Assembly: GCA_947085925.1 (NCBI GenBank)
Contig: CAMTYI010000030.1
Coordinates: 1-42,367 of the forward strand
Length of the DNA stretch: 42,367 bases
Direction of reading: 5' to 3'
Source: an uncultured Gammaproteobacteria bacterium
Lineage (GTDB): Bacteria; Pseudomonadota; Gammaproteobacteria; Ga0077554; Ga007554
This document shows, in pieces, positions 1-11,756 of this stretch; the stretch's first letter is position 1; the number at the start of each line of letters is the position of its first letter. The position numbers and the translations under genes are program-made. Under the pieces are notes generated by a model. That model worked only from the letters and a program-made list of their open reading frames with translations. It searched no databases and had not been told where the DNA came from.

Positions 1-276
1 CAGGTAACGCCTGGGAGGCGCGAGTCTACGGAAAGTGCCACAGAAAATATACCGCCGATGTCTCGCAAGAGGCAGGTAAGGTTGAAATGGTGCGGTAAGA
101 GCGCACCGCGCGGCTGGCAACAGCCGTGGCAGGGAAAACCCCGCCCGGAGCAAGACCAAATAGGGGAACGATGGTGCGGCCCGCACTGTTCCCGGGTAGG
201 TTGCTTGAGGTGTGCGGTGACGCACATCCCAGATGAATGGCTGTCCAAGACAGAACCCGGCTTATAGGCCAACTCC
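1..276 (+). ncRNA. rnpB: RNase P RNA (class A), 5' end outside the window
   Basis: Conserved motifs GGAAAGTGCCACAGAAA, GGTAAGAGCGCACC, GAGCAAGACCAAATAGG and the 3' ACAGAACCCGGCTTA; position upstream of mraZ. Confidence 0.97.
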
Positions 277-465
277 TTTATTTTTTAATTCAACATGCTG
301 ATCCCACCCTGCTCTTGATGTTTTGCTGTAATTGCCCGCTCCAACTTTTTGATTTGATTGCCGCTTACCCCCCTTCTTCTCCCTGCCTGCTTCCAATTCC
401 CGTGTTGTTGCGCTAAGTCACTGTCCGCAAAGCAGGAATTTATCCATTTCCATGGTGTTTTTTTC

Positions 466-495
466 TTGACAGGGGTGGCTTGTGATACCTATAGT
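466..495 (+). promoter_or_regulatory. Sigma70 promoter of the dcw operon
   Basis: TTGACA (466-471), 18 bp spacer, TATAGT (490-495), upstream of mraZ. Confidence 0.75.
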
Positions 496-501
496 GTCGT
501 C

Positions 502-530
502 AAGTGGGGTAAAGTGGTAAAAAGTGGGGG
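502..530 (+). promoter_or_regulatory. MraZ-binding direct repeats
   Basis: AAGTGG at 502, 512 and 522 (10-bp period) between the -10 box and the mraZ start; matches known GTGG-type MraZ boxes. Confidence 0.85.
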
Positions 531-536
531 TAAATT

Positions 537-983
537 TTGTTTCGCGGGGTCACTTCACTAAGTTTGGATACCAAGGGTCGCATGGCAATGCCGACCAAGT
601 ATCGTGATCGCCTGCAGGATTTGTGCGGCGGTCAACTGGTGATTACCGTGGATCGTGACGACCGCTGCCTGTTGGCGTATCCCCTGCCCGAGTGGGAAGA
701 GATCGAGCGCAAGCTGGCGAAGTTGCCTAGCCTCAATAAGCAGGCGCGCCGCTTGCAGCGGCTGCTGATCGGTCATGCCACCGAGTGTGAGCTGGACGGT
801 GCGGGCCGCATCCTGTTGCCTCCCAAATTGCGGGAATATGCCGGACTCGACAAACAGGTGATGTTGCTTGGTCAGGTCAATAAGCTTGAGTTGTGGGATG
901 AGCAAACCTGGAATGCCATCTGGTCGAAGGAGGAGGTGGGTGAGGAAGGCCTTTCCGCTGAGTTGGAGTCGTTGTCGCTTTAG
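537..983 (+). CDS. mraZ: Division/cell wall cluster transcriptional repressor MraZ
   Basis: MFRG...LDTKGR and [11 protein letters not shown] repeats; TTG start; first gene of the dcw cluster. Confidence 0.97.
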   Translation: MFRGVTSLSLDTKGRMAMPTKYRDRLQDLCGGQLVITVDRDDRCLLAYPLPEWEEIERKLAKLPSLNKQARRLQRLLIGHATECELDGAGRILLPPKLREYAGLDKQVMLLGQVNKLELWDEQTWNAIWSKEEVGEEGLSAELESLSL

Positions 984-994
984 TGGAGTTTGGT

Positions 995-1945
995 ATGGAA
1001 TCTGGCGCCACGGTGACTGACACCTATCTTCACCGTCCAGTGCTACTGGCGGAGGTGATAGACGCCTTGAATATCGTGCCGGAGGGCATCTATGTGGATG
1101 CCACCTTCGGGCGCGGCGGTCATGCGCAAATGATACTGCAGCAGTTGGGTCCGCACGGTGCATTGCTGGGCATCGACAAGGATCCGCAGGCCGTGGCTGC
1201 CGCGCGGCAGATGTTTGAGGGTGAGCCAAGGTTTTCGATTGAGCGAGGGACGTTTGCCATGCTTGGGCAGTATGTTCAGGAGCGCGGCTGGATGGGCAAG
1301 GTCAACGGTGTGTTGCTTGACCTTGGGGTTTCCTCGCCCCAACTGGACGATCCCCAGCGTGGCTTCAGCTTTCGGCAGGATGGGCCGCTCGATATGCGTA
1401 TGGATCCCGCGACGGGTATCAGCGCCGCGCAGTGGCTGGCTACCGCCTCGGAGCAGGAGATCACATCGGTGCTGTATACCTACGGTGAAGAACGTTATGC
1501 CCGGCGCATTGTGCGCGCTATCGTTGCCGCCCGGCAGGAAGCGCCCATCACCACCACTGGCCGTCTGGCGGCGATTGTGGCTGCCGCCAACCCGGCCTGG
1601 GAGCGAGACAAGCACCCCGCTACGCGCAGTTTTCAGGCGATACGCATTTTTATTAATCACGAACTTGAGGATGTGCAGACCTGTCTTCCCCAGGTGGTCG
1701 AGGCGCTGGCGCCTGGCGGGCGGGTGGCGGTGATCAGTTTTCATTCTCTGGAAGATCGGATCGTAAAGCGTTTTATCCGCGAACAGGTGCGCGGCGATGA
1801 CTTTCCGCCGGGGTTACCAGTGACGCAGGCGCAGTTGCGCCCTAGTTTGCGTGCGGTGGGCAAGGCGATATATCCGGGCACGGATGAATTGCAGACCAAT
1901 CCGCGCGCGCGCAGTGCGGTGTTGCGTGCGGCGGAGAAGGTTTAG
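995..1945 (+). CDS. rsmH: 16S rRNA m4C1402 methyltransferase
   Basis: [41 protein letters not shown]; ATG 995 follows GGAG (ORF open from 983). Confidence 0.97.
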   Translation: MESGATVTDTYLHRPVLLAEVIDALNIVPEGIYVDATFGRGGHAQMILQQLGPHGALLGIDKDPQAVAAARQMFEGEPRFSIERGTFAMLGQYVQERGWMGKVNGVLLDLGVSSPQLDDPQRGFSFRQDGPLDMRMDPATGISAAQWLATASEQEITSVLYTYGEERYARRIVRAIVAARQEAPITTTGRLAAIVAAANPAWERDKHPATRSFQAIRIFINHELEDVQTCLPQVVEALAPGGRVAVISFHSLEDRIVKRFIREQVRGDDFPPGLPVTQAQLRPSLRAVGKAIYPGTDELQTNPRARSAVLRAAEKV

Positions 1946-1947
1946 AG

Positions 1948-2247
1948 GTGATGGTGAGTAGCTCAAAAACATCCTTGTTCAACAGCCGTTATTTCAGGGG
2001 TGGTCTCCTGGTGGCGGTAGTGTTGGTGTCTGCCTTCGCTGTGGTCTATGCCAAATATGAGAGCCGCAAATTGTTTGTCGAATTGCAATCCCTGCAGAAG
2101 GTTCGTGACGATATGGCTGTCGAGTGGGGTCAGTTGCAGTTGGAGCAAAGCACATGGGCGACGCATGGCAGGATTGAAGGTACGGCGCGCACCACTCTGG
2201 GCATGATTCTGCCTCCCCCCGAAGCCGTGGTGATCGTCAAGCCATGA
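1948..2247 (+). CDS. ftsL: Cell division protein FtsL
   Basis: One TM helix plus coiled coil, EWGQLQLEQSTW motif, synteny; start uncertain (1948/1951/1954). Confidence 0.93.
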   Translation: MMVSSSKTSLFNSRYFRGGLLVAVVLVSAFAVVYAKYESRKLFVELQSLQKVRDDMAVEWGQLQLEQSTWATHGRIEGTARTTLGMILPPPEAVVIVKP

Positions 2248-4055
2248 TGCAGAATACGCCCCCTACCCAGCCGGTCAGGCTCCTGGTGGTGCTGGGAGTG
2301 CTGGGCACGATTACTTTATTGTTGGTATGGCGTGCGCTGGATTTGCAAATATTGAGCAATGATTTTTTACAGGATCAGGGTGATGCGCGTCATCTGAGAG
2401 AGGTGGCGACACCCGCGCATCGCGGCATGATTGCTGATCGCAATGGCGAGCCTTTGGCGATTAGTACACCGGTCGATTCGGTGTGGGCAAATCCACAGGC
2501 GCTGCTGGCGGCGCGTGCGCAATGGCCGCGTCTGGCGCGCCTGCTGAATATTGATGTGAAGAGTTTGGAGCGTCACCTGACCAGCCGCGTGGGGCGTGAA
2601 TTCGTCTACCTCAAACGCAATGTCAGCCCGGATCTGGCCGAGCAGGTGATGGCGCTGGGCGTGCCGGGCGTGTCCCTGCAACGCGGGTATCGCCGCTATT
2701 ATCCGGCGGGTGAGGTGGCGGCGCATGTGGTTGGTTTTACCAATGTGGATGATGCCGGTCAGGAGGGTCTGGAGCTGGCCTATGACGAATGGCTGCATGG
2801 CATACCGGGCAGCAAACGGGTGATCAAGGACCGCTTGGGCCGGGTTGTGGAAAATGTCGAGAGAGTGAGCGAGCCGCTGCCGGGCAAGGATGTGGCCTTG
2901 AGTATCGACCGGCGTCTTCAGTATCTCGCTTACCGTGAATTGAAGGCGGCAATCCAGAGCAGTCGTGCGCGCTCAGGTTCGGTGGTGATGCTTGATGTGA
3001 ATACCGGCGAGGTGTTGGCGCTGGTTAATCAACCCTCGTTCAATCCAAATAATCGCGCCAATCTGCGCGGTGATGATTTTCGCAACCGTGGCGTAACGGA
3101 TGTCTTCGAGCCTGGCTCCACGATCAAGCCATTTACCGCTGCTGCGGCGCTGGAAACCGGAAAATTTCGCCCCACCACCATGATTGATACCGGCTCCGGT
3201 TTGTTCAAGGTGGGTAATCATACGGTGCGCGATGTGCATAATTACGGTGTCATTGATGTGTCTACCGTTATCCAGAAGTCGAGCAACGTCGGTGCTACCA
3301 AGATGGCCCTGGCGATGGCGCCCAAGCAGTTATGGTCGATGTTTTCGCGGGTGGGATTTGGTGCCGCCAGTGGGGGCCGTTTCCCTGGCGAGATGACCGG
3401 CGCACTGTCTGGTTATGAAGGTTGGGGTGAGGTCGAGCGCGCCACGCTTTCCTATGGTTACGGCCTGTCGGTGACCCCACTGCAACTTGCGCGCGCCTAT
3501 ATGGTGCTGGCGGATGGGGGGCAATTCAAGCCGGTTTCCTTCGTCCACCTGGCCGAGCCGCCGCAGGGTGAGCAGGTCATGCGTCCTGAAGTCGCCGGAC
3601 AGGTGTTGAAAATGATGGAGGCGGTGGTGAATACCGGCGGCACCGGTTTGTCGGCAGGTGTGCCGGGCTACCGGGTGGCTGGCAAGACCGGCACGGTCCA
3701 TAAGTCTCAGGCAGGCGGGTATGCGACTAACCGCTACCTTGCCCTTTTCGCCGGCATGGCGCCTGTCAGTAAGCCACGTCTGGTCATGGTGGTGATGATC
3801 AACGAGCCGAGCAGCGGCGAATACTACGGCGGGCTGGTGGCCGCACCGGTATTTGGGCGAATCATGGCGGGTGCGCTACGCCTACTCGATGTGGCGCCGG
3901 ACGATGTGCAATCGCTGCGGACACAGTTGGTGCAGGGGGATGGGGTTGGTAAAAATGCGGCGGGTGCTGTGACGCAGGCGGTGCCGGTACAGCCTGTGGT
4001 TCGTCAGGTTCATGTGTCTAACCCGCAGCCCAAACATATAGGAGGGGTATTGTGA
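2244..4055 (+). CDS. ftsI: Peptidoglycan transpeptidase PBP3/FtsI
   Basis: RGMIADRNG, STIK (SxxK), SSN (SxN) and KTGT motifs. Confidence 0.97.
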   Translation: MMQNTPPTQPVRLLVVLGVLGTITLLLVWRALDLQILSNDFLQDQGDARHLREVATPAHRGMIADRNGEPLAISTPVDSVWANPQALLAARAQWPRLARLLNIDVKSLERHLTSRVGREFVYLKRNVSPDLAEQVMALGVPGVSLQRGYRRYYPAGEVAAHVVGFTNVDDAGQEGLELAYDEWLHGIPGSKRVIKDRLGRVVENVERVSEPLPGKDVALSIDRRLQYLAYRELKAAIQSSRARSGSVVMLDVNTGEVLALVNQPSFNPNNRANLRGDDFRNRGVTDVFEPGSTIKPFTAAAALETGKFRPTTMIDTGSGLFKVGNHTVRDVHNYGVIDVSTVIQKSSNVGATKMALAMAPKQLWSMFSRVGFGAASGGRFPGEMTGALSGYEGWGEVERATLSYGYGLSVTPLQLARAYMVLADGGQFKPVSFVHLAEPPQGEQVMRPEVAGQVLKMMEAVVNTGGTGLSAGVPGYRVAGKTGTVHKSQAGGYATNRYLALFAGMAPVSKPRLVMVVMINEPSSGEYYGGLVAAPVFGRIMAGALRLLDVAPDDVQSLRTQLVQGDGVGKNAAGAVTQAVPVQPVVRQVHVSNPQPKHIGGVL

Positions 4056-5587
4056 TGGTGTCGCGTAGCTGTGCATTGAGGATGTTACTGGAAGGATGCG
4101 TACACGTTGATGCTGCCAGTGACCGGGAGATTCGGGGCTTGTCGATGGACAGCCGCAAGACCCGGCCTGGTGATCTGTTTTTGGCCTGCGCGGGACAGTC
4201 TCAGCGCGGTCACGATTTTATCGCCGCTGCGATTCAGGCGGGCGCGGTCGCTGTTGCCTATGAGAAGGATGGCGAAGCTGCGCCGCCGTTGTTTGAGGAT
4301 GTCCCTTTGTTCGGCGTTGCAGATCTGAGCCAGCGCGTCGGGATTATCGCCGAACGGTTTTACGGCAATCCCAGGCGCAAGTTGTTTGTGGCGGGCGTGA
4401 CGGGCACCAACGGCAAGACCTCGTGTAGCCATTTTCTTGCTCAGGCGCTCAACGAAAATGCGCCCTGCGGTGTGATCGGCACGCTGGGTAATGGCTTGTC
4501 CGGGCAGTTGGAGGTGGGCACTCACACCACGCCTGATGCGATTTCCCTGCACGCCTTGCTGGCTGACATGCTGGAGAAGGATGCGGCGAGTGTTGCGATG
4601 GAGGTGTCGTCTCACGGCCTGGATCAGGGGCGGGTCAACGGTGTTAAGTTCGATCTGGCAATTTTTACCAACCTTAGCCGCGATCATCTCGATTATCACG
4701 GTGACATGGCCTCTTATGCGCGGGCCAAGCGGCGCTTGTTTGAAATGCCGGGGCTGCGCTATGCAGTGATCAATGCTGATGATCCCTTCGGCGTCGAGCT
4801 GCTGCAATCCATGCCTTCGAGTGTAAAAACGATAAGTTATTCTCTGTCCGGACAGGGCAAAGGCGATGAAGGCGGCATTCCGTCACGTTATGTTGCAGCC
4901 AATATGAACAGGGTGCAGGGCACAGTGCTGCACCCATACATCAATGGCATGGAAATGCACGTTGTCACTCCGTGGGGAGAGGGGCGCTTCCCCAGCCAGT
5001 TGCTGGGCCGTTTCAATGCGAGCAATTTGCTCGCGGTGCTGGCGGCGCTGGTGCTGTCGGGCATCGATTTTCGCGATGCCCTGCACAAAATCAGCCGAAT
5101 CCGCCCAGTGCCGGGGCGCATGGAATGCTTTGACGGGGGTGCTGGGAAGCCGCTGGTGGTGGTCGATTACGCCCATTCCCCGGATGCCCTGCGGCAGGCT
5201 CTGGAGGCCTTACGCGAACACTGTGCGGGCGCGCTGTGGGTAGTGTTCGGCTGCGGTGGTAACCGTGATCGCGGCAAGCGCCCGCTGATGGGCGAGGTGG
5301 CGCAACGCTACGCCGATCATGTGGTGCTCACTGATGACAACCCTCGTCATGAGGATGCAGATGGAATTATCGCGGAGATTGCTGCGGGTCTGCATGAGCC
5401 TAGCCATATGCATGTGCAGCGTGATCGTGCCCGGGCGATTGCCCATGCCTTGAATCAGGCGAAAGAGGGCGATGTCGTGCTGGTGGCCGGCAAGGGCCAC
5501 GAGGATTATCAAATCATCGGTGATGAAAAGCGACCGTTCAGCGACAGCGCCCAGGTGCGCGCCTTGCTCGGAGAAGTTGCAGGATGA
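4052..5587 (+). CDS. murE: UDP-MurNAc-tripeptide synthetase (meso-DAP adding)
   Basis: GVTGTNGKTS, DYAHSPD, DNPR (DAP-specificity motif), AGKGHEDYQ. Confidence 0.97.
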   Translation: MMVSRSCALRMLLEGCVHVDAASDREIRGLSMDSRKTRPGDLFLACAGQSQRGHDFIAAAIQAGAVAVAYEKDGEAAPPLFEDVPLFGVADLSQRVGIIAERFYGNPRRKLFVAGVTGTNGKTSCSHFLAQALNENAPCGVIGTLGNGLSGQLEVGTHTTPDAISLHALLADMLEKDAASVAMEVSSHGLDQGRVNGVKFDLAIFTNLSRDHLDYHGDMASYARAKRRLFEMPGLRYAVINADDPFGVELLQSMPSSVKTISYSLSGQGKGDEGGIPSRYVAANMNRVQGTVLHPYINGMEMHVVTPWGEGRFPSQLLGRFNASNLLAVLAALVLSGIDFRDALHKISRIRPVPGRMECFDGGAGKPLVVVDYAHSPDALRQALEALREHCAGALWVVFGCGGNRDRGKRPLMGEVAQRYADHVVLTDDNPRHEDADGIIAEIAAGLHEPSHMHVQRDRARAIAHALNQAKEGDVVLVAGKGHEDYQIIGDEKRPFSDSAQVRALLGEVAG

Positions 5588-6942
5588 TGACGTTGTCCGA
5601 AGCGGCCAAGGCGTTGGGTGCCGAACTGCATGGCGAGGATGTGGCGTTCGCGGCGGTGAACACCGATACCCGCACCTTGCAACAAGGGGATCTATTCGTT
5701 GCGCTGTGCGGCGAGAATTTTGATGGTCACGCCTTTGTGGCGGAGGCCGCCGCCCGTGGCGCGGTGGCAGCGCTGGTCAGCATGCCTATGGAGGCTGCTT
5801 TGCCTGCCCTGTGCGTGGCGGATACCCGCCTGGCGTTAGGCCAGTTGGCTGCGGCATGGCGCGCGCGCTTCGCCATGCCGCTGGTTGCAGTTACCGGCAG
5901 CAACGGCAAGACCACCACCAAGGAGATGCTCGCCGCGATACTGGCGCGGCGTGGGCCGGTGCTGGCGACCCAAGGCAATTTGAACAATGACATCGGTGTA
6001 CCGCTGACGCTGTTGCGCCTGCGCGATGAGCACCGTTGCGCGGTGATCGAAATGGGCGCCAATCATCCTGGTGAAATCGCCTATCTGAGCAATCTGGCAC
6101 GGCCCACCGTGGCGCTGATTACCAACGCGGCCATGGCCCATATCGGAGGCTTTGGCAGTCTGGATGAAATCGCGCATACCAAGGGTGGAATCTACGCAGG
6201 GCTGGATGAAAACGGCATCGGCATAGTGAATGCCGATGATGTCTATGCCGGGTTTTGGCGCACCCTGCTGGGCGCGCGCCGCTGCATGACTTTCGGTATG
6301 AGTAATCCATCGGATGTCTACGCGCTGGCAGAGAGTGTGCGCTGCATCGTTGACGATACCGCTATTACAACTTCTTTTCATATGCATACGCCTGCCGGTG
6401 ATGCCTCTGTGGTGTTGCCTCTGATGGGCCTGCACAACGTGATGAACGCCCTGGCGGCGAGCGCTGCGGCATTGGCAGCGGGCGCTACGCTTGCCGACAT
6501 CAAAGCGGGGTTGGAGGCGATGCGTGCGGTGAAAGGGCGCTTGCAGGTTAAGCGGGGTATCCACGGCACGCGCATCATAGATGACACCTACAATGCCAAC
6601 CCGCCGTCGGTGCAGGCGGCGATTGCTGTGCTGGCCACCGTTGAGGGCGAAAAGGCGCTGGTGCTGGGCGATATGGGCGAGCTGGGTGATGATGCGCCGC
6701 TATTCCATGAGCAAGTGGGCGCGCAAGCGAGGCAGGCCGGTATAGGCCGCCTCTATGCCACCGGGGAACTCAGCGTGGGCGCAGTGCGGGAGTTTGGTGC
6801 GAACGGGCGGCACTGTGCCAGCCACAATGAGTTGATAGCCGCGCTGCTGGCGGATCTGGCAGCAGGGACGACCGTGCTGGTGAAAGGATCACGGTTCATG
6901 CGCATGGAGCGTGTGGTTGATGCCTTGGTGGAAAAGGCGTGA
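5584..6942 (+). CDS. murF: UDP-MurNAc-tripeptide:D-Ala-D-Ala ligase
   Basis: TGSNGKTTTKEM, NLNNDIGVP, DDTYNANP, VKGSR. Confidence 0.97.
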   Translation: MMTLSEAAKALGAELHGEDVAFAAVNTDTRTLQQGDLFVALCGENFDGHAFVAEAAARGAVAALVSMPMEAALPALCVADTRLALGQLAAAWRARFAMPLVAVTGSNGKTTTKEMLAAILARRGPVLATQGNLNNDIGVPLTLLRLRDEHRCAVIEMGANHPGEIAYLSNLARPTVALITNAAMAHIGGFGSLDEIAHTKGGIYAGLDENGIGIVNADDVYAGFWRTLLGARRCMTFGMSNPSDVYALAESVRCIVDDTAITTSFHMHTPAGDASVVLPLMGLHNVMNALAASAAALAAGATLADIKAGLEAMRAVKGRLQVKRGIHGTRIIDDTYNANPPSVQAAIAVLATVEGEKALVLGDMGELGDDAPLFHEQVGAQARQAGIGRLYATGELSVGAVREFGANGRHCASHNELIAALLADLAAGTTVLVKGSRFMRMERVVDALVEKA

Positions 6943-6962
6943 TTTCTTTAAAGGCCAATTAA

Positions 6963-8045
6963 ATGCTGCTTTATTTTTTCAAATATCTGTCCCAGTTTCA
7001 CACAGGCTTCGGCGTGTTCCAGTACCTGACGCTGCGCGTCGTGCTGGGTGCGCTCACTGCGCTGGCGATTTCGCTGCTGGTGGGGCCTGCGATGATCCGC
7101 AAATTGACCATGTACAAGGTAGGGCAGAGCGTGCGTGACGATGGTCCGCAGACCCATCTGACCAAGGCCGGTACGCCAACCATGGGTGGTGCGCTGATAC
7201 TGGTGGCGATTGCGTTGAGCACCCTGCTGTGGGGCGACCTGGCTAATCGTTATGTCTGGTTGGTGTTGATCGTTACTCTGCTGTTCGGTGTGATCGGCTG
7301 GGTGGATGACTACAAGAAGTTGATACTGCGCAACTCCAAGGGTCTGTCGGCGCGTGCCAAGTATTTCTGGCAGTCGGTGGTGGGGTTGGGTGCCGCAGTG
7401 TTCATCTACCACTATGCTGCAACCCCGGCCGAAACCGATCTGCTGATACCGTTCCTCAAGCATGCCTCCATCGAGATGGGGGTAGTGTTCATCCTGCTTA
7501 CCTACTTCGTGATCGTCGGCACCAGCAACGCGGTTAATCTGACCGATGGCCTGGACGGTTTGGCGATCATGCCCACTGTTCTGGTAGCAGGGGCGCTGGC
7601 GGTATTTGCCTATGTCGCGGGGCACGCCAAATTCGCACCTTATCTCAGTATCCCCTATGTCACAGGTGTAGGCGAGGTGGCGGTGTTTTGCGGTGCAATA
7701 GTCGGAGCGGGTCTGGGATTTTTGTGGTTCAACACCTATCCGGCGCAGGTGTTCATGGGCGATGTCGGCGCCCTCGCCCTCGGCGCGGCGCTGGGCGTGG
7801 TGGCGGTGGTGGTGCGTCAGGAGCTGGTGTTGCTCGTCATGGGCGGGGTGTTCGTGATGGAGGCGGTGTCGGTGATGCTGCAAGTGGGGTCATACAAGCT
7901 CACAGGCCAACGCATCTTCCGCATGGCGCCGCTGCATCATCATTTTGAATTGAAGGGCTGGCCGGAACCGCGCGTCATCGTGCGTTTCTGGATTATTACC
8001 GTGATCCTGGTGCTGGTTGGTTTGAGTTCGCTGAAGATACGATGA
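6963..8045 (+). CDS. mraY: Phospho-MurNAc-pentapeptide transferase
   Basis: [33 protein letters not shown]; multiple TM helices. Confidence 0.98.
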   Translation: MLLYFFKYLSQFHTGFGVFQYLTLRVVLGALTALAISLLVGPAMIRKLTMYKVGQSVRDDGPQTHLTKAGTPTMGGALILVAIALSTLLWGDLANRYVWLVLIVTLLFGVIGWVDDYKKLILRNSKGLSARAKYFWQSVVGLGAAVFIYHYAATPAETDLLIPFLKHASIEMGVVFILLTYFVIVGTSNAVNLTDGLDGLAIMPTVLVAGALAVFAYVAGHAKFAPYLSIPYVTGVGEVAVFCGAIVGAGLGFLWFNTYPAQVFMGDVGALALGAALGVVAVVVRQELVLLVMGGVFVMEAVSVMLQVGSYKLTGQRIFRMAPLHHHFELKGWPEPRVIVRFWIITVILVLVGLSSLKIR

Positions 8046-9382
8046 GCATGGATGAGGTAAAACTCAATACTTTGATCGTGGGTCTGGGCAAGACTGGCCT
8101 GTCCTGTGCGCGCTTTCTCGCCGCGCGCGGGGTGCCGGTGGCAGTGACCGACAGCCGTGATTTCCCGCCGGGATTGGCCGCCCTGGAGCAGGAGTTTCCA
8201 GGCATGGCAGTCTTTGTTGGCGGTTTTGATCCTGCCGCTTTTGCCGCCGCACAGCAATTGGTGGTGAGCCCCGGCGTGTCACTGCGCGAACCGCTGATTG
8301 CTCAGGCCATGGCGCGCGGTGTGCCGGTGCTGGGTGACATCGAATTGTTTGCGCGCCATGCCGCCGCGCCCGTGGTGGCGATTACCGGTTCGAACGGCAA
8401 GAGCACCGTGACTACGTTGGTGGGTGAAATGGCTAAGCACGCCGGTCGCAATGTGCGCGTCGGCGGTAATCTTGGTGTGCCCGCGCTTGATCTGCTTGGC
8501 GCCACCGAGCCGGATCTATATGTGCTGGAGCTGTCCAGTTTTCAGCTTGAGACCACGTCTTCGCTTAATGCCGTAGCGGCGACCGTGCTCAATATCAGTG
8601 TTGATCATATGGATCGTTATCAGAGCATGGATGAATACGCTGCCGCCAAGCAGCGCATTTTTCACGGCAACGGTGTGATGGTGCTCAACATTGATGATCC
8701 TGTAGTGATGGGCATGGCGCAGACGGGCAGGCACACGGTGCGCTTTGATCTGGGTGAACCGGAGTTTAACGACTTCGGAATTATGCAGCGGGTGCATGGG
8801 CCTTGGTTGGCGCGGAATAGCGAACCGCTGATGCCGGTGGCCGAGGTGCGCATCAAGGGCATGCACAATGTCGCCAATGCCCTGGCCGCATTGGCTTTGG
8901 GTGATGCTGTGGGCCTGCCAATGGAGGCAATGCTGCAAACCCTGCGCGAATTCCCCGGCCTACCACACCGCAGTCAATGGGTAGCCGAGAAAGAGGGCGT
9001 GGCCTGGTACAACGACTCCAAGGGCACCAACGTCGGCGCCACGCTCGCCGCCCTGCAAGGTATGCCGGGCAAGGTGGTGCTGATTGCCGGTGGACTGGGC
9101 AAAGATGCGGATTTTACACCGTTGCGCCAGGCCGCCGCAGACAAGACACGCGCCGTGGTGTTGATCGGGCGCGACGCGCCGCTCATCGAAGCCGCGTTGG
9201 GCGGCGTGACGCCAGTGGTGCATGCGGCCAGCATGGAGGATGCCGTGGCTCAGGCGCGTCGTCTGGCGCAACCGGGCGATGTCGTGCTGTTGTCGCCGGC
9301 CTGCGCCAGTTTCGACATGTTTAGCGGATATGAAGAGCGCGGCAATGTATTCACCAACGCAGTGTTGAAGGTGACTGCATGA
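8042..9382 (+). CDS. murD: UDP-MurNAc-L-Ala:D-Glu ligase
   Basis: [38 protein letters not shown]. Confidence 0.97.
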   Translation: MSMDEVKLNTLIVGLGKTGLSCARFLAARGVPVAVTDSRDFPPGLAALEQEFPGMAVFVGGFDPAAFAAAQQLVVSPGVSLREPLIAQAMARGVPVLGDIELFARHAAAPVVAITGSNGKSTVTTLVGEMAKHAGRNVRVGGNLGVPALDLLGATEPDLYVLELSSFQLETTSSLNAVAATVLNISVDHMDRYQSMDEYAAAKQRIFHGNGVMVLNIDDPVVMGMAQTGRHTVRFDLGEPEFNDFGIMQRVHGPWLARNSEPLMPVAEVRIKGMHNVANALAALALGDAVGLPMEAMLQTLREFPGLPHRSQWVAEKEGVAWYNDSKGTNVGATLAALQGMPGKVVLIAGGLGKDADFTPLRQAAADKTRAVVLIGRDAPLIEAALGGVTPVVHAASMEDAVAQARRLAQPGDVVLLSPACASFDMFSGYEERGNVFTNAVLKVTA

Positions 9383-10665
9383 TCGCGTGGCTCAAAAAAA
9401 TCTGGGCACCGCGCGCAAAGAACGTCAGCAGGGTTGCAGGGCGAGGCGGGGTGGTGATGCCGCGTCCGCGTGCCGGATCGCGTCCAAATGCACCGTCGCG
9501 GTCCGCCGTCGCCCTGCCGTTGGGCGACCCCTGGCTGCTCGGTGCGGCGCTCACGCTGCTGGTGCTGGGGGTGGTGATGGTGAGTTCCGCCTCGCTCAAT
9601 ATCGCCGAGCGCCAGTTTGGCCATCCCTTTTATTACATCATCCGCCAGGTGGCGTTTGTGATGGTGGGCGTGATGGCAGCGGTGCTGGTGGCGCGCACCC
9701 GCCTGGTTTATTGGGAAAAGGCCGGCAGCACGCTGCTACTGGTTGGCATGGTGATGCTGGCGCTGGTGCTGCTGCCGGGGATAGGCAAGGTGATCAACGG
9801 CAGTCAGCGTTGGGTCTCTTTGGGTTTATTTAATTTGCAGGCGTCCGAGCCGGTGAAACTGTTTGTGGTGATCTATATCGCCGGTTATCTGGTGCGCCAC
9901 GGGGCGGAGGTGCGTAACTCGATCCTGGGCTTTATCAAGCCAATGCTGCTGTTGACGTTGATCGCGCTGTTGTTGTTGCTGGAGCCGGATTTCGGCGCCA
10001 CCGCAGTCATGTTTGCCACTGCGCTGGGCATGTTGTTCCTGGGCGGCGCGCGTCTTTTGCCGTTCGTGGCTTTGATGGCGGCGCTGGCAGTGGCGGTGGT
10101 GGGGCTGATCTTTTCATCGCCGTATCGCATGGCGCGCCTGACGGGTTTCATGGATCCGTGGGCCGATCCGTTCGACAGCGGTTTCCAGTTGACCCAGGCG
10201 CTGATCGCCTTCGGGCGCGGCGAGTGGTTTGGCGTGGGGCTGGGTGCGAGTGTGCAGAAATTGTTCTATCTGCCTGAGGCGCACACCGATTTTCTATTTG
10301 CAGTGCTGGCTGAAGAGTTGGGCTTGGTGGGTTCGCTGGTGGTGATCGGGCTGTTCACGTTGCTGGTGGTGCGTGCCTACGTCATCGGGCGGACAGCGGA
10401 AAAGGCCGGGCACAGCTTCGCGGCCTATCTTGCCTATGGACTGGGGTTGTGGATCGCCTTGCAGGCGATTATCAACATCGGCGTCAACATGGGCGTGCTG
10501 CCGACCAAGGGGCTGACGCTGCCACTGATGAGTTACGGCGGCAGCAGTATTGTGGTGATGTGCGTGGCGGTGGCGTTGCTGTTGCGCGTCGCGCATGAAA
10601 CCCGCGTGCACGACCACGCACGAACCGTCCCTGTGGTGCGTGTTGCGGGAGCCGTGGCGACATGA
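9379..10665 (+). CDS. ftsW: SEDS peptidoglycan glycosyltransferase FtsW
   Basis: LEPDFG, LPEAHTDF, PTKGLTLPLMSYGGSS; start may be at ~9451-9457. Confidence 0.96.
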   Translation: MIAWLKKIWAPRAKNVSRVAGRGGVVMPRPRAGSRPNAPSRSAVALPLGDPWLLGAALTLLVLGVVMVSSASLNIAERQFGHPFYYIIRQVAFVMVGVMAAVLVARTRLVYWEKAGSTLLLVGMVMLALVLLPGIGKVINGSQRWVSLGLFNLQASEPVKLFVVIYIAGYLVRHGAEVRNSILGFIKPMLLLTLIALLLLLEPDFGATAVMFATALGMLFLGGARLLPFVALMAALAVAVVGLIFSSPYRMARLTGFMDPWADPFDSGFQLTQALIAFGRGEWFGVGLGASVQKLFYLPEAHTDFLFAVLAEELGLVGSLVVIGLFTLLVVRAYVIGRTAEKAGHSFAAYLAYGLGLWIALQAIINIGVNMGVLPTKGLTLPLMSYGGSSIVVMCVAVALLLRVAHETRVHDHARTVPVVRVAGAVAT

Positions 10666-11756
10666 GCGTGCAGCGTGTTTTGATTATGGCGGGCGGCACC
10701 GGCGGACACGTTTTCCCTGCGCTGGCAGTGGCGGATGAGCTGCGCGCGCAAGGGGTTGAGGTGGTGTGGATGGGCACCCGTGCCGGCCTGGAAGCCGAGG
10801 TGGTGCCGCGCGCCGGTATCGACATCGAATGGGTGTCGATCAGCGGCTTGCGCGGCAAAGGGCCGATGAGCCTGCTGCTGGCGCCCTTCAAGCTGATGGT
10901 TGCGATGGCGCAATCGCTGGCGATAGTGATGCGTCGTCGCCCGATGGCGGTGTTGGGGATGGGCGGCTTTGTCACCGGGCCAGGCGGGTTTATCACCTGG
11001 CTGCTGCGCAAGCCGCTGGTGATCCACGAACAGAATGCCATCGCGGGCATGACCAACCGCTGGCTGGCGAGGCTGGCGAATAAGGTTCTGGAAGCCTTCC
11101 CAGGCACGTTTCCGGCGCGATGCAAGGCCGTCGCCACCGGCAATCCTATCCGCGCCACGATCACCGCGCTGCCGCCGCCGGAGCAGCGCCTTGCCGGACG
11201 CAGTGGCGTGCTGCGACTGCTGGTGGTGGGCGGTAGTCTGGGCGCGCAGGTATTCAATCAAACGGTGCCCGATGCCATCAAGGCGATGGGGCCGGGGGTA
11301 CGTCCCGATGTGTGGCATCAGGCGGGGAAAAAGCACATCGAGGCCGCCCGTGAGTCTTACCGGCAAGCAGGCGTCGCGGCGCGTGTCGATCCGTTCATCG
11401 GTGATATGGCTGAGGCCTATGCCTGGGCCGATCTGGTGCTGTGCCGTGCAGGCGCCTTGACGGTGTCAGAGTTGGCTTCAGCCGGTGTGGCGTCGATTCT
11501 GGTGCCTTACCCGTTCGCCGTGGATGATCATCAGACGCACAACGCGGCGTACCTGGCGGATGCTGGCGCGGCCATATTGGCGCTACAGCCGCAGCTCACC
11601 GCGCAGTCGCTGGGTAAGCTGCTCGCCGGTTTCTGCGAGGCGCCGCAGCAGGGCAGGCAAAAACTTTTAGAGATGGCGCGCATCGCACGGCGTCTGGCGA
11701 AACCGGAATCCACCCGCGTAGTGGCGGCACTGTGTCTGGAGGCGGCGCGAGCATGA
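10662..11756 (+). CDS. murG: Lipid I GlcNAc transferase
   Basis: [30 protein letters not shown]. Confidence 0.98.
   Translation: MSVQRVLIMAGGTGGHVFPALAVADELRAQGVEVVWMGTRAGLEAEVVPRAGIDIEWVSISGLRGKGPMSLLLAPFKLMVAMAQSLAIVMRRRPMAVLGMGGFVTGPGGFITWLLRKPLVIHEQNAIAGMTNRWLARLANKVLEAFPGTFPARCKAVATGNPIRATITALPPPEQRLAGRSGVLRLLVVGGSLGAQVFNQTVPDAIKAMGPGVRPDVWHQAGKKHIEAARESYRQAGVAARVDPFIGDMAEAYAWADLVLCRAGALTVSELASAGVASILVPYPFAVDDHQTHNAAYLADAGAAILALQPQLTAQSLGKLLAGFCEAPQQGRQKLLEMARIARRLAKPESTRVVAALCLEAARA

Noticed and set aside
58-267. 69-aa ORF
   Set aside because: Lies wholly within the RNase P RNA gene
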